Assembly (NCBI GenBank): GCA_000092065.1
Contig: CP000584.1
Direction: 5' to 3' (one strand)
DNA: 64,000 bases
Source of the DNA: Ostreococcus lucimarinus
Taxonomy: Eukaryota
Positions 10,259 to 19,899 of this stretch are shown here, one piece after another; the stretch's first letter is position 1, and each line of letters starts with the position of its first letter. The notes beneath the pieces were generated by a model that saw nothing but the letters and a program-made list of their open reading frames with translations, was not told the DNA's origin and ran no database searches. The translations under genes were made by a program, and so were the position numbers.

Positions 10259-10502
10259 GCGCGCGGCGACCGACCGCGACCGCGCGACTGTGTTTGCAGT
10301 CCCGATACACATTTCGCGAATCGTCGCGCGCACGCGATGCGTTAAATACGGTTAAATACGGCGCGACGGCGACGCGAGCTCCGGCGCGCGCGGCGACCGA
10401 CCGCGACCGCGCGACTGTGTTTGCAGTCCCGATACACATTTCGCGAATCGTCGCGCGCACGCGATGCGTTAAATACGGCGCGACGGCGACGCGAGCTCCG
10501 GC
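10259..10502. repeat. Direct tandem duplication, period 127 bp (copy 1 = 127 bp including an extra 10-bp TTAAATACGG insertion; copy 2 = ~117 bp), in a divergent promoter.
   Basis: ORFs 10294 and 10421 begin with the identical 19-aa peptide MQSRYTFRESSRARDALNT, giving a 127-bp period. The unit GCGCGCGGCGACCGACCGCGACCGCGCGACTGTGTTTGCAGTCCCGATACACATTTCGCGAATCGTCGCGCGCACGCGATGCGTTAAATACGG...CGCGACGGCGACGCGAGCTCCGGCGC is read twice in the sequence. It contains the AT-rich TATA-like TTAAATAC. Confidence 0.85.
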
Positions 10503-10736
10503 GCGCGCGCGCTGACGTGGCGAACCGAAACGGCGCCGTCGTCGCCGCACACCTCGACGGCGCGCGCGACGCGACGGCGCGCGACGCCGGCGCGACGGAC
10601 GACGGCGCGCGCGCGGGCGGGCGAATCGACCGCGCGCGCGATTCGCGACGCGCGACCGGGCGCGCGAGGACGACGCGCGTCGCGCGAGGACGACGCGCGA
10701 GGACGACGCGGGACGTGCTGACGCGGCGTCGCGGCG

Positions 10737-11411
10737 ATGGCGACGCTCGCGCGCGTGCCGCGCGCGCGGAGCGGCACGGAACTGAGCGGGATGGAGGCGA
10801 AGAGCGCGAAAACGACGTCGACGACGACGCAGACGGGCGCGAGCGGGGCAGGGGCGACGCGAGGGAAGGGAAGGCGAAGCTGCGTGAAGGCGGCGCGCGG
10901 GCGCGGGACGGCGAAGCGACGCGGACCGCGCGTCGCGTTCGCGCGCGAGGTGTGCGAGGTGATCGGACGCGCGGATGCGGACGTCGATCGAACGCCCAGG
11001 GGTGAACCGTCGAAGTGTTCGTCGTGTGGATTGCACGTCGTCGGGTACTCGTTCGAGTGTTTGGCGTGCGCGGGGGCGGGCGCGGGGAACGACGGCGGCG
11101 CGTACGCGCTGTGCGCGATGTGCTTTACGGCGCACGCGCACTTGACGGCGGCGCCGGAGTTGGCGCGAGCGCACGGGATCACGTATTTGATTCACAAACA
11201 CGCGCCGTCTGTGTTCGTCAGAGGCGGGGACGACGATCAGATGATGCTCGATGAGATTTTGCGAGATCGTCGCGAGCTCATGGTCAACGGCGGCGCGCCG
11301 CCCGAGCGCGAAGCCTCGACCGGGGACCTCGAGCGGTGTTTTGAACGCGAGCGTCAGCCGAGCGCGGGGAGCGACGAATCGGAGGATGTTTTGCAGTATT
11401 GTCCCGTGTGA
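10737..11411 (+). CDS. ZZ-type zinc-finger protein.
   Basis: Cys/His pattern CSSCGLHVVGYSFECLAC...YALCAMCFTAHAH...H matches the ZZ finger (CxxC-x-CxxC ... CxxC ... HxH). The start is uncertain (ORF-track start 10737; alternative Met at 10791). Confidence 0.6.
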   Translation: MATLARVPRARSGTELSGMEAKSAKTTSTTTQTGASGAGATRGKGRRSCVKAARGRGTAKRRGPRVAFAREVCEVIGRADADVDRTPRGEPSKCSSCGLHVVGYSFECLACAGAGAGNDGGAYALCAMCFTAHAHLTAAPELARAHGITYLIHKHAPSVFVRGGDDDQMMLDEILRDRRELMVNGGAPPEREASTGDLERCFERERQPSAGSDESEDVLQYCPV

Positions 11412-11482
11412 TCATCTCGCGCGAGGCTGATGTTTTGTTGTACTTTTAGACCTCATTCTTTTCTCAATATCACAGACTAGTG

Positions 11483-12889
11483 TCACTTCTTCTTCGCCGC
11501 CTCGCGACCTCGAGCGATGGCGAGATCAAACATCCGTTTCAAGTCTGCGTTATCACCGTCGACTTGCAAACCCTCAAAAAACGCTAACGCGGCGTCTTCG
11601 TACTCCTCTAACTCTAGCGCGGCCTCGCCCTCGCGGTACCACGCCTTGATGAACATCGGATCGAGCGTCCTCGACGCGCGCGCGTCGTCCCTCGCGCCTT
11701 CGTATTTCTTGAGCTTTAGACGCGCCGCCGCGCGATTCGCCCACGTCTTCGCGCACGAACCATCCTGTTCGAGGGATGACGAGTACTCCGTTTCTGCCTC
11801 TTCGAATTTCCCCGCCACGAACGCTTCGTTACCCGCACGTTTCGTCTTCGCCGCCGCCTCGGCGTCTCGCGTGACGAATCGTTCCGAGGTCGACGCTGGC
11901 GCCTCGCCGGCGTCGACGCCACTGTCTCTTTGCATCGCGCTCAGTTTCGCGGCGACGCGCGCGATGATGGCATCCGTCGTCCACTCGCCCTCGTCATCGG
12001 GCGTCGTCACGGGTAGCAACACGTCGACGACGACGCGCCTCTTCGTCGCCGCGGCGGCGTGAATCGCCTTCATGCCTCCCGAATCCGCCTTGTCGGCGTC
12101 GGCGCCGCCCTTCAACAGCGCCTTCACCATCGCCTCCGAGCACGTCTCCGTCGCGGGATGCGCGGCGGCGATGTGCAACGCCGTCATACTCCCCTCCGGT
12201 CCCGCGTTCACGTTCGCGCCGGCGTCAATCAACACCTCCACGCTCTTCAAATCTCCCGAAGCGCACGCGAGCGCCGTCGCCGCGACGCCGCCCTCGAGCG
12301 CGACGTCACACCTCGCCCCGTGCTTCAACAGCGTCTCCAGCATCCCCGAGCACCCTCTCATCGCCGCCACCAGCAACGGCGTCCCCACGTTCGCGCACCG
12401 CTGTTCGATCGCCTCCGATATCGTCAGCCCGTACGTCCCGCTCGCGAGCGTCCGCAGCGCCTCCTCGCAGCGCGTCGCGTCCGCGCCGATCCCTTTCGCG
12501 TGCGCCCCCATGACGATCTGATGCATCGCTCCCGCCCCAGATTTCGTTAATTTCCTCGCGTCCGCTCCCAGGCTCACCAGCGTCTTCACGCACTCGACGT
12601 GTCCGAGCGCCGCCGCCGTCGTGAGCGCGGTGAAGCCCTCGGCGTCGGGCGCGTCGGCGTCGCACCCGAGCTCGCACACCAGCGCCTTGAGCACGCCGAC
12701 GTCCCCTCGCGCCGCCGCGACGTGCGCGCAAGACCGTCCATCGCCGTCGACGATCGTCGCGACCGCGGACGCGCCGTGCGCGAACGCCGTGGACGCCGCG
12801 CGGACGTCGTCGGCGCCGCCGAGCTGAATGGCGCGCATGAGCGTCTGCAGCGCCTCGACGTCGTTCGTCGCGGGCGCGCGACGCGACAT
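11483..12889 (-). CDS. Ankyrin-repeat plus C-terminal TPR-repeat protein.
   Basis: ORF 11483..13132, trimmed to the ATG at 12889 ([15 protein letters not shown]). Ankyrin repeats (G.TALH.AA..GH...V..LL..GAD...). C-terminal TPR helices ([28 protein letters not shown]... [62 protein letters not shown]). Confidence 0.7.
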   Translation of the reverse strand: MSRRAPATNDVEALQTLMRAIQLGGADDVRAASTAFAHGASAVATIVDGDGRSCAHVAAARGDVGVLKALVCELGCDADAPDAEGFTALTTAAALGHVECVKTLVSLGADARKLTKSGAGAMHQIVMGAHAKGIGADATRCEEALRTLASGTYGLTISEAIEQRCANVGTPLLVAAMRGCSGMLETLLKHGARCDVALEGGVAATALACASGDLKSVEVLIDAGANVNAGPEGSMTALHIAAAHPATETCSEAMVKALLKGGADADKADSGGMKAIHAAAATKRRVVVDVLLPVTTPDDEGEWTTDAIIARVAAKLSAMQRDSGVDAGEAPASTSERFVTRDAEAAAKTKRAGNEAFVAGKFEEAETEYSSSLEQDGSCAKTWANRAAARLKLKKYEGARDDARASRTLDPMFIKAWYREGEAALELEEYEDAALAFFEGLQVDGDNADLKRMFDLAIARGREAAKKK

Positions 12890-13294
12890 GGCGCGCGACG
12901 CGACGAACGACGATTGACGACTCCGCGCGCGCGCGCGCGAGGGCGGGACGCGCGGGCGAGCGACGCAATGGCGACGCGATGGCGTCGGCGACCGAACGGC
13001 ATTCGCCGCGCGGCATTCGCCGACGCCGCGCGTCGAACGATCGCGCGCGCGAGGCGCGGACGCGACGCGCGGACGCGTCCGCGACGCGCGCGCGCGCGTC
13101 GAGCGCGCGCGAGAGACGCGGCGAGGAGGCATCGACGGGACGACGCGCGAGGCGTTGAATCATTCCGACGCATTCGCGGTGATATCTCTCGCGCGCGCGC
13201 GTGCGAGCGACGGCGGACGGCGCGAGGGGGCGACGAGCGTCGAGCGTCGACGCGAGGCGCGATCGAGGGGCGCGGGCGCGCGGGCGCGAGTGCG

Positions 13295-14212
13295 ATGAGT
13301 CACGAGCTCGACGGGTGGATCGCGGCGCTGCGCAAATGCGAGCCATTGGAGGAAGACGACGTCAAGCGATTGTGTCAGATGGCGATCGAGATCTTGGTGG
13401 AAGAGTCGAACGTGCAGACGATCGATTCGCCGGTGACGATATGCGGGGACATTCACGGGCAGTTTTACGATTTGTTGGAACTGTTTAAAGTCGGCGGCGA
13501 CTGCCCGGATACAAACTATTTGTTCATGGGGGACTTCGTCGATCGCGGGTTTTACAGCGTGGAGACGTTTTTGTTGCTCCTGGCGCTGAAGGTGAGGTAC
13601 CCGGATCGAATGTATCTCATTCGGGGGAATCACGAGTGTCGACAGATCACGCAGGTGTACGGGTTTTACGACGAGTGTTTGCGCAAATACGGGAGCGTCA
13701 ACGTGTGGCGATATTGCACGGATGTGTTCGATTACCTTTCGTTGTCTGCGCTCATAGATAACAAGATATTTTGCGTGCACGGGGGGTTGTCCCCGAGCAT
13801 CACGACGATCGATCAGATTCGAACGATCGATCGTAAACAAGAGGTGCCGCACGAAGGCGCGATGTGCGATTTGCTTTGGAGCGACCCCGAGGACGTCTCC
13901 GGCTGGGGGCTTTCCCCTCGAGGGGCGGGGTATTTGTTCGGCGACGACGTGTGCACGTCGTTCACACAGACGAATAGCGTAGACATGATCGCGCGAGCGC
14001 ATCAGCTCGTGATGGAGGGGTACAAGTGGATGTTTAACAAACGGCTCGTCACTGTGTGGTCGGCGCCGAATTACTGCTACCGCTGCGGCAACGTCGCGGC
14101 CATCTTAGAACTGGACGAAAACCTGGCGCACGACTTCAAGGTTTTCGAGGCGGCACCGCAAGAGGCGCGCGGGGTGCCGGCGAAGAGGGCGACGCCCGAT
14201 TACTTCCTGTAA
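13295..14212 (+). CDS. Ser/Thr protein phosphatase 2A catalytic subunit (PPP family).
   Basis: 305 aa, near-identical in motifs to eukaryotic PP2Ac: [34 protein letters not shown], and the C-terminal TPDYFL. The ORF-track 5' extension (12599-13294) is a GC-rich run-on. Confidence 0.95.
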   Translation: MSHELDGWIAALRKCEPLEEDDVKRLCQMAIEILVEESNVQTIDSPVTICGDIHGQFYDLLELFKVGGDCPDTNYLFMGDFVDRGFYSVETFLLLLALKVRYPDRMYLIRGNHECRQITQVYGFYDECLRKYGSVNVWRYCTDVFDYLSLSALIDNKIFCVHGGLSPSITTIDQIRTIDRKQEVPHEGAMCDLLWSDPEDVSGWGLSPRGAGYLFGDDVCTSFTQTNSVDMIARAHQLVMEGYKWMFNKRLVTVWSAPNYCYRCGNVAAILELDENLAHDFKVFEAAPQEARGVPAKRATPDYFL

Positions 14213-14238
14213 TGGTATTTAGAAATTTCACGCCGACG

Positions 14239-15096
14239 CTACCGTTTTCGGCAAAAGCTCAAGCCGTCGCCGACGGGAATCATACTATAACTCACGCGTT
14301 CGTCCCCGGCGACGAACTCGTTGAACGCGCGAATGGCCTCGGTCTGTTTATCGTTCACCTCGGCGTCGGCGACTTTACCGTACCACAGCACGTTGTCCAC
14401 GATTATCAAACCGCCCGGCCGCACGAGCTCGAGCAGCGCCTCGTAATACTCCCTATACGCGCGTTTATCGGCATCTATGAACCCTAAATCGAACGACCCC
14501 GCCCCGTGCGCGTCCAACAACTCCCTCACGCTCTCCTTCGCGTCGCCAAACTTCTCCTTTACGATCCCCTCGACCCCCGCGCGCGCCCAATACCGTCTCG
14601 CCGTCGCCAGCGCTTCCTCGCTCTTATCGCACGCGTACAGCGCTCCCTCGCCTCGCATCGCGAGCGCCATCGCGATCGAGCTGTACCCGGTGTACGTGCC
14701 GATCTCGACGACGCGCCGCGCGCCGATCATCTCCACCGCGAGCGCCAGCAGCGCGCCCTGCTCCGGCGCCACCTGCATGCGCGCGCCGCGCAGCGCGCTC
14801 GTCTCCTCTCGCAGCGCGCGCAGCACCGCGGGCTCGCGCGTGTGACGCAGCACGTACGCGTACAGGTCATCGCTCATCACCAGCGGCGCCGTGTTCCACG
14901 GCCCCGTCGACGACGACGACGCGCTCGACGACGACGCGCGCGCGAGGACGGGACGTCGACCGGCGGCGGCGGCGACGACGCGCGCGCGCGACGCGCGCGA
15001 CGGCGACGCGCGCGACGACGCGGGCGGCGACGCGAACGAGCGCCGCGTCGCCGCGCGCGCCGCGCGGTGCATCGCGCGCGTCGCGCGCGTCGTCAT
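14239..15096 (-). CDS. Class I SAM-dependent O-methyltransferase, caffeoyl-CoA O-methyltransferase-like, with a putative S/R/A-rich N-terminal transit peptide.
   Basis: The C-terminal 212 aa (from MSDDLYAYVLRHTREP) align with CCoAOMT-family motifs (VEIGTYTGYS, GDA, FIDADK, GGLIIVDNVLWYGKV, PVGDGLSFCR). Start set at Met MTTRATRAMH (15096); alternative start at 14877. Confidence 0.8.
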   Translation of the reverse strand: MTTRATRAMHRAARAATRRSFASPPASSRASPSRASRARVVAAAAGRRPVLARASSSSASSSSTGPWNTAPLVMSDDLYAYVLRHTREPAVLRALREETSALRGARMQVAPEQGALLALAVEMIGARRVVEIGTYTGYSSIAMALAMRGEGALYACDKSEEALATARRYWARAGVEGIVKEKFGDAKESVRELLDAHGAGSFDLGFIDADKRAYREYYEALLELVRPGGLIIVDNVLWYGKVADAEVNDKQTEAIRAFNEFVAGDERVSYSMIPVGDGLSFCRKR

Positions 15097-15406
15097 TCGC
15101 GCGCGCGAGTGCGCCGACGCCGACGCGACGCGCGCCGAAACGCCTCGGCGAAAACGCACGGACGCGACCGCACAGCGCGACCGATGGCGACGGACGGCGC
15201 GCGCGGCGGCGGCGCGACGGCGACGGACGCGAAAAAAAACGATGGACGCACGATTTGGTCGTACAGGGACGAGTGCCAGACGTGGCGCAACTACGACGCG
15301 TCGAAGGGGTTGCGATACACGCGAGAATCGATCGATGCGGTGCGTTCGAAGACGTCGCGCGCGCGATGGTCGGAACGACGCGACTGACGGCGCGCGAACG
15401 ACGCAG

Positions 15407-15808
15407 ATGACGCGCGCGCACGAGTCGTTCGGGGAGCTGACGAAAGACTTGGACATGGACATCGATGATCCGGGGGAGCGGGCGTTGAATATTTTGAGAA
15501 GGGAACGCGCGGATCCGACGAGGCCGCCGGACGAGCCGACGCCGTTGCGGTTGAAACCGTTCGACGCCTCGCCGGGAGACGAGACGTGCGTGGTGAAGTA
15601 TACGTTTAGAAATGAACTCACGACGATCGGGGAGGTCGTCGAGGAGTTGGCGGAGATGCTGGGATTGATGCCGTGCGCGGTGTCGCTCGTGCACGCGGGG
15701 CGCGAGCTCGGGCCGCTCGAGCACACGTTGACCGATTGCGGTGTTTGCGCGAATTACGTGGTGTACTGGCGCGTGAAAAATGGCATCGCGGTGGTGACCA
15801 CCGCGTGA
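15407..15808 (+). CDS. Small hypothetical protein (133 aa), possibly a ubiquitin-like beta-grasp fold.
   Basis: ATG at 15407 within ORF 14891..15808. Non-low-complexity C-terminal half (CVVKYTFRNELTTIGEVVEELAEMLGL...VSLVHAGRELGPLEHTLTDCGV). No confident family assignment. Confidence 0.35.
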   Translation: MTRAHESFGELTKDLDMDIDDPGERALNILRRERADPTRPPDEPTPLRLKPFDASPGDETCVVKYTFRNELTTIGEVVEELAEMLGLMPCAVSLVHAGRELGPLEHTLTDCGVCANYVVYWRVKNGIAVVTTA

Positions 15809-15860
15809 TGTAATTTATCGTACTGAGCTAGCGTGCTACGTCTACGTTCCTAATGCGTTG

Positions 15861-17090
15861 CTAATCGCGCTTCTTCCCGGCGCGGCGAAACCGCGCGACG
15901 CTTCGCGCCACTTGCGTCGACAAGAGCGTCTGCGTGCACGCGTACACCAGAGTGATGGCGTAGTAGAAATTTGCGTTCGCAACCCGAGTGTGTATCCACA
16001 TGTACCACGTCAAAGGGCTCAACAGAGCGACGTACAAGAAACCTCCCGCGATGACGGCGCCGTACTTGACGTACACCAACGGATTTCCACGATCGTCCAT
16101 GGCGACGACGGAGAGCAGGGAAACGTACGTCACGAAATCGTTCGCGGTCGGATACGGCGCGCACGTCGAGATGGCTATCAAACACAACGTCATGGCGACG
16201 AGAGGATCGTCTGCGAACCCAAGCGTCAGCGGCGCGGACAGGGCCAGCGGAATCGCGTTCAGAGCGACGACGTAAAACAGACGAAACTGATCAAACATCG
16301 TCGTGAATAGATACCAATGCAACCCAAGATTCGGCGTTTGATCTTCGCTCATCACCGCGAACGTCACCGCGGCGCGCCACCACTTCGGAAAATCGTCCCC
16401 CATCGCGACGAAGGACGCCGCGGCGGCGACCGCAAACGCGCCCGCGAACCGCCCCGCGCTCACCACCGCTCGACCTCCTCGACTTTTCACCGCGCGCGCG
16501 CTCGTCCACATCAGCGCCGGTGCGAGCGCGACGTAATGCGGGTTCAGTTGCGCCGCCAACGCGAACGCGACGCCCGCGACGACGTCGTTCCCGAGCGTCG
16601 CCGCCAACGCGCTCGCGTACGCGCACGCCCGCGTCGCCGTCGCCGTCGTCCGCGCCAAGCGCGCCATCGCGTGCAGCGGATTCATCGCATACATCGCGTA
16701 CACTCGTCTCACTTTCCCCTCGTCGCGCGTCACGCCGCACGCGAGCGCGCACAGCGCCGCCGCCGCCAACGCGTCCGCCGCCGTCGTCGCCAAGTCCAAT
16801 CCGAATCCACCCCCGAGCGCGCCCGCCGCCGCCACCGTCCACGGGTGCCCGTGAAACGCGCTCCCGTCGTACGCCGACGCGCCCAGCGCGCGCGCCGCGT
16901 GCGCGCCCTCGAGCGTCTTTCGCACCGCGTCCGTCGCCGCGCTCAGCTCGATGCGTTTGCTCAGCGCGTCGCGCGCGAACGGCGCCACCGCGCTCGCGAC
17001 GCCGACGCACGCGCCGTAAATCGCGACGTGCGCGACGAAGGCGCACCGCGCCGCCCTCCAGCGCGCGCGCGCGGCGTCGCGCGACGCCAT
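15861..17090 (-). CDS. PIGU: GPI transamidase subunit PIG-U (Cdc91/Gab1 family).
   Basis: ORF 15861..17441 trimmed to MASRDAARARW (17090). Matches the PIG-U N-terminus (YDGSAFHGHPW vs SPYSGAVFHETP), the signature TPNLGLHWYLFTTMFDQFRLFYVV, and the C-terminal WYMWIHTRVANANFYYAITL. Confidence 0.8.
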   Translation of the reverse strand: MASRDAARARWRAARCAFVAHVAIYGACVGVASAVAPFARDALSKRIELSAATDAVRKTLEGAHAARALGASAYDGSAFHGHPWTVAAAGALGGGFGLDLATTAADALAAAALCALACGVTRDEGKVRRVYAMYAMNPLHAMARLARTTATATRACAYASALAATLGNDVVAGVAFALAAQLNPHYVALAPALMWTSARAVKSRGGRAVVSAGRFAGAFAVAAAASFVAMGDDFPKWWRAAVTFAVMSEDQTPNLGLHWYLFTTMFDQFRLFYVVALNAIPLALSAPLTLGFADDPLVAMTLCLIAISTCAPYPTANDFVTYVSLLSVVAMDDRGNPLVYVKYGAVIAGGFLYVALLSPLTWYMWIHTRVANANFYYAITLVYACTQTLLSTQVARSVARFRRAGKKRD

Positions 17091-17172
17091 CGCGCGACGA
17101 CGCCGTGGTTTGACGCCGTGACGTCGACGCCGCGCGACAACGCGACGCGACGCGACGACGACGACGCGACGG

Positions 17173-19812
17173 ATGATGACGATCGCGCGCGGCGCGCGCG
17201 CGAGCGGATGCGCGACCGCGCGGCGCGCGCTGCGGCAGCGGGATCGCGCGCGCGGCGCGGTCGGCGCGCGCGCGCGCGGCGATGATTTCATCGCGACGCT
17301 GCGGCGGCGACGCGCGCGGGCGACGACGACGACGACGACGCGCGCGACGCCGACGGCGCGGCTCGCGGGCGTGATCGACGTGAAACGCGTGACGGAAGTC
17401 GCGGGCACGGCGGCGCTGGAGGTGTCGAAGAGCGTGCGCATGCGAGGCGTGGAGGCGCCGGATGTGGATAAATCGTACGTCGCGCGGTCGAGCGCGTTGG
17501 AGATGGACGAGGACGGATTGCCGCTGGTGTACGATAAAGCACAGATTCAAAAGTACTGGGATAAGCAAGGCGGGGCGTTGCAACGACGATGGGGGGAGTT
17601 TTTAAGCCTGAGCGTGCCGTTTTTGACGAAAGTGGCGACGCTCGCCATCACGGGCGGAAGCGCCGAGTTGAGCAAAAACGACAGAGCGTTGGCGAAGGAT
17701 GCGAGGATAATCATCGAAAAGCTTGGACCGACGTACATCAAGGCGGGGCAGATGATGAGCGTGAGACCGGACGTGTTGCCGCAGGCGGCGCTGGACGAGT
17801 TGGCGGTGTTGCAAGATTCGGTCAAGGCGTTCGAGACGTCGGTCGCCATCGATACCATAGAGAGTGAGCTCGGCGGGCCTTTGGCTGAATTCTTCGATGA
17901 AATTAGCGAAACACCCGTCGCGGCGGCGTCGCTGGCGCAAGTGTATCGCGCGAAACTGAAGGGCAAGGATGAGTACGTCGCTGTCAAAGTGCAACGGCCT
18001 AAGATTTTGGACACCGTGTCGAAGGACTTGTACGTGTTGCGTCGCGCGGCGGAGGTGTATCAAGGCTTGATTGAGCGTTTCGCGCCGCAACAGCGCACGG
18101 ATTACGTCGGTTTATTGAACGAATGGGCGGTCGGCTTTTACACCGAGCTTGATTTCTTGAACGAAGCTGCGAATCAGCAAAAGCTGCGCGACCTGTTGAT
18201 GCAAGAGGAAGTCAAGGACATTTACGTGCCAGAGGTGAAACACGAGCTTTGCACGCGTCGTATCCTCGTAACTGAATGGATGGACGGCGTCAAACTGAGC
18301 GATTGCCCGCCAGAAGAGATTCGCGAGTTGGTCGGCATCGGTCAAGAGTGTTTCCTCGTGCAGCTTTTGCAAGTTGGCTTCTTTCACAGCGATCCGCACC
18401 CTGGAAATTTGATGAAGCTCAACGATCCGTCCAAGGGCAAGCTGGCGCTTTTGGATTTTGGACTCGTGGCTTCTATTCAACAAGAAGACATGGACACCAT
18501 GGTGAGCTCGATCATTCACTTGGCGAACAAGGATTACCCAAGTCTGGTCGACGACTTCATCAATCTTAAAATTTTACCGACGGACTGCGACCGGGCCAAG
18601 GTCGTGCCGTTGATGGATAAAGCGCTGTCACCGTACGTCAAGGGTGGTGGTGCGAAAAAGTACGAAGCTGAACTGAAGCGCATGTACAACATGGATGGAT
18701 CGTTGAGTTCCACCGCCGGGGGATTTCAAGCGATGACGCAGGATTTGTTGACGGTGTTGAACGACATCCCGTTCTCGATTCCGCCGTATTTCGCACTCCT
18801 CGGACGCGCTGTCGTGACGCTCGAGGGCATCGCGCTTCTGGGCAACCCGGATTATAGGCTCGTGATGGAGGCGTACCCATTCGTCGCTCGAAAGTTGCTT
18901 CGCGAAGACCGTCCGGAGGCGCAGCGGGCGTTGCAGGAGGTGTTGTATGCCTCGACGCAAGGCGGTGGGAGCATTTTGCAAGGACGTCGACTCGCAGTGA
19001 TGTTGAACAGCGCAATGGGCATCGTGGCGAAGAGCGAAGACGTGTTTGTCGATTTAGAAACCATTCCGGAAGACGCCGCGACGCTGGACCAATCGTTGAA
19101 GTATTTACTTCAGCCGCAAGCGGCGAGCTTACGGAACTTGCTCGAGCGTGAGGCGGAGACTGCGGCTGATTTGCTCTTGCGCCAGTCGCTGCGAAAGGGC
19201 GCGACGCGCCTCTTCGCGCAATTGCCGAAGCCGCCATCCTGGTTGCCGTTCGCGAGCTCGCTGCCGAATCCGCTCGATATCAGTGGGCCAGTATTGTTAC
19301 CGGTCCGCGGAAGCTCCACGCCAGCGCCGGCTTTCGCGTCGCCGGGGCAGTTATTGGACCTCGCCGCGCCACAGCTCGATCTCGAAGAGGAGGTGTTTGC
19401 GATCTCCCTCGGGGATTTGGCCGCCGGTCTGATTGGTAAAGATGCGGCGACGGTATTGACCGGTGATGCGTTCCTCGAGCCGGAGGCCATCGCGGCGCTG
19501 TTCTTGAGCATCATCGCCACGGGCGAGTTACCCATCGGTAGCAGTCAAGAGGTGCGACAGTTGGCGGCAAACGCTCGCGATTCGCTTCGCCGCGTCACTC
19601 CAGAAGGCGAAGAGAGCGAAGAGCAAAGCTTCGAAGACTTGATCGCCGCCGTGCAGAGGCTCGATGAGAACGAGCGCGAGGTCTTGCAGGCCACTACCTC
19701 GCGAGTCATCTCTCGTGTGTACGATAAGTTCTGCGATCGCCTCGTGCCACTGACGGGCGGCGCTCCCGTGGCCGTCGACGAAGTGTCGTCGGTGGCTTTG
19801 AACGCGCGATGA
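17173..19812 (+). CDS. ABC1/ADCK/UbiB-family atypical protein kinase (plastid or mitochondrial ABC1K-like).
   Basis: Conserved ABC1 domain (KLGPTYIKAGQMMSVRPDVLP, AAASLAQVYRAKL, AVKVQRP, GFFHSDPHPGNLM, LALLDFGL). The start is uncertain (17173 vs internal Met at 17440); the N-terminus is R/A/T-rich and presequence-like. Confidence 0.85.
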   Translation: MMTIARGARASGCATARRALRQRDRARGAVGARARGDDFIATLRRRRARATTTTTTRATPTARLAGVIDVKRVTEVAGTAALEVSKSVRMRGVEAPDVDKSYVARSSALEMDEDGLPLVYDKAQIQKYWDKQGGALQRRWGEFLSLSVPFLTKVATLAITGGSAELSKNDRALAKDARIIIEKLGPTYIKAGQMMSVRPDVLPQAALDELAVLQDSVKAFETSVAIDTIESELGGPLAEFFDEISETPVAAASLAQVYRAKLKGKDEYVAVKVQRPKILDTVSKDLYVLRRAAEVYQGLIERFAPQQRTDYVGLLNEWAVGFYTELDFLNEAANQQKLRDLLMQEEVKDIYVPEVKHELCTRRILVTEWMDGVKLSDCPPEEIRELVGIGQECFLVQLLQVGFFHSDPHPGNLMKLNDPSKGKLALLDFGLVASIQQEDMDTMVSSIIHLANKDYPSLVDDFINLKILPTDCDRAKVVPLMDKALSPYVKGGGAKKYEAELKRMYNMDGSLSSTAGGFQAMTQDLLTVLNDIPFSIPPYFALLGRAVVTLEGIALLGNPDYRLVMEAYPFVARKLLREDRPEAQRALQEVLYASTQGGGSILQGRRLAVMLNSAMGIVAKSEDVFVDLETIPEDAATLDQSLKYLLQPQAASLRNLLEREAETAADLLLRQSLRKGATRLFAQLPKPPSWLPFASSLPNPLDISGPVLLPVRGSSTPAPAFASPGQLLDLAAPQLDLEEEVFAISLGDLAAGLIGKDAATVLTGDAFLEPEAIAALFLSIIATGELPIGSSQEVRQLAANARDSLRRVTPEGEESEEQSFEDLIAAVQRLDENEREVLQATTSRVISRVYDKFCDRLVPLTGGAPVAVDEVSSVALNAR

Positions 19813-19899
19813 ACACGCACATTGCTTTTTAGGACACCTGTGTAAGATATATATAAGCGAAAGTCGATTCTTTAATTAAATCCTACCGAGCTACTGATA

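Noticed and set aside
10259-10502. Possible CRISPR-like array at the 127-bp repeat.
   Set aside because: Only two contiguous copies, no spacers. The window is eukaryotic (spliceosomal introns, eukaryote-only gene families).
9594-11201. 535-aa minus-strand ORF (R/A/G-rich) spanning the tandem repeat and the ZZ-finger gene.
   Set aside because: Pure low-complexity Arg/Ala composition, antisense to better-supported genes. This is the typical shadow ORF of ~70% GC DNA.
12599-13294. 232-aa N-terminal extension of the PP2A ORF.
   Set aside because: PP2Ac family proteins start at the MSHELDGW-type Met. The extension is R/A-rich and GTG-initiated.
16291-17583. 430-aa minus-strand ORF, and 16317..17285 plus-strand ORF, overlapping PIG-U and the ABC1K start.
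   Set aside because: R/A/G-rich junk in alternative frames of a well-supported PIG-U gene.
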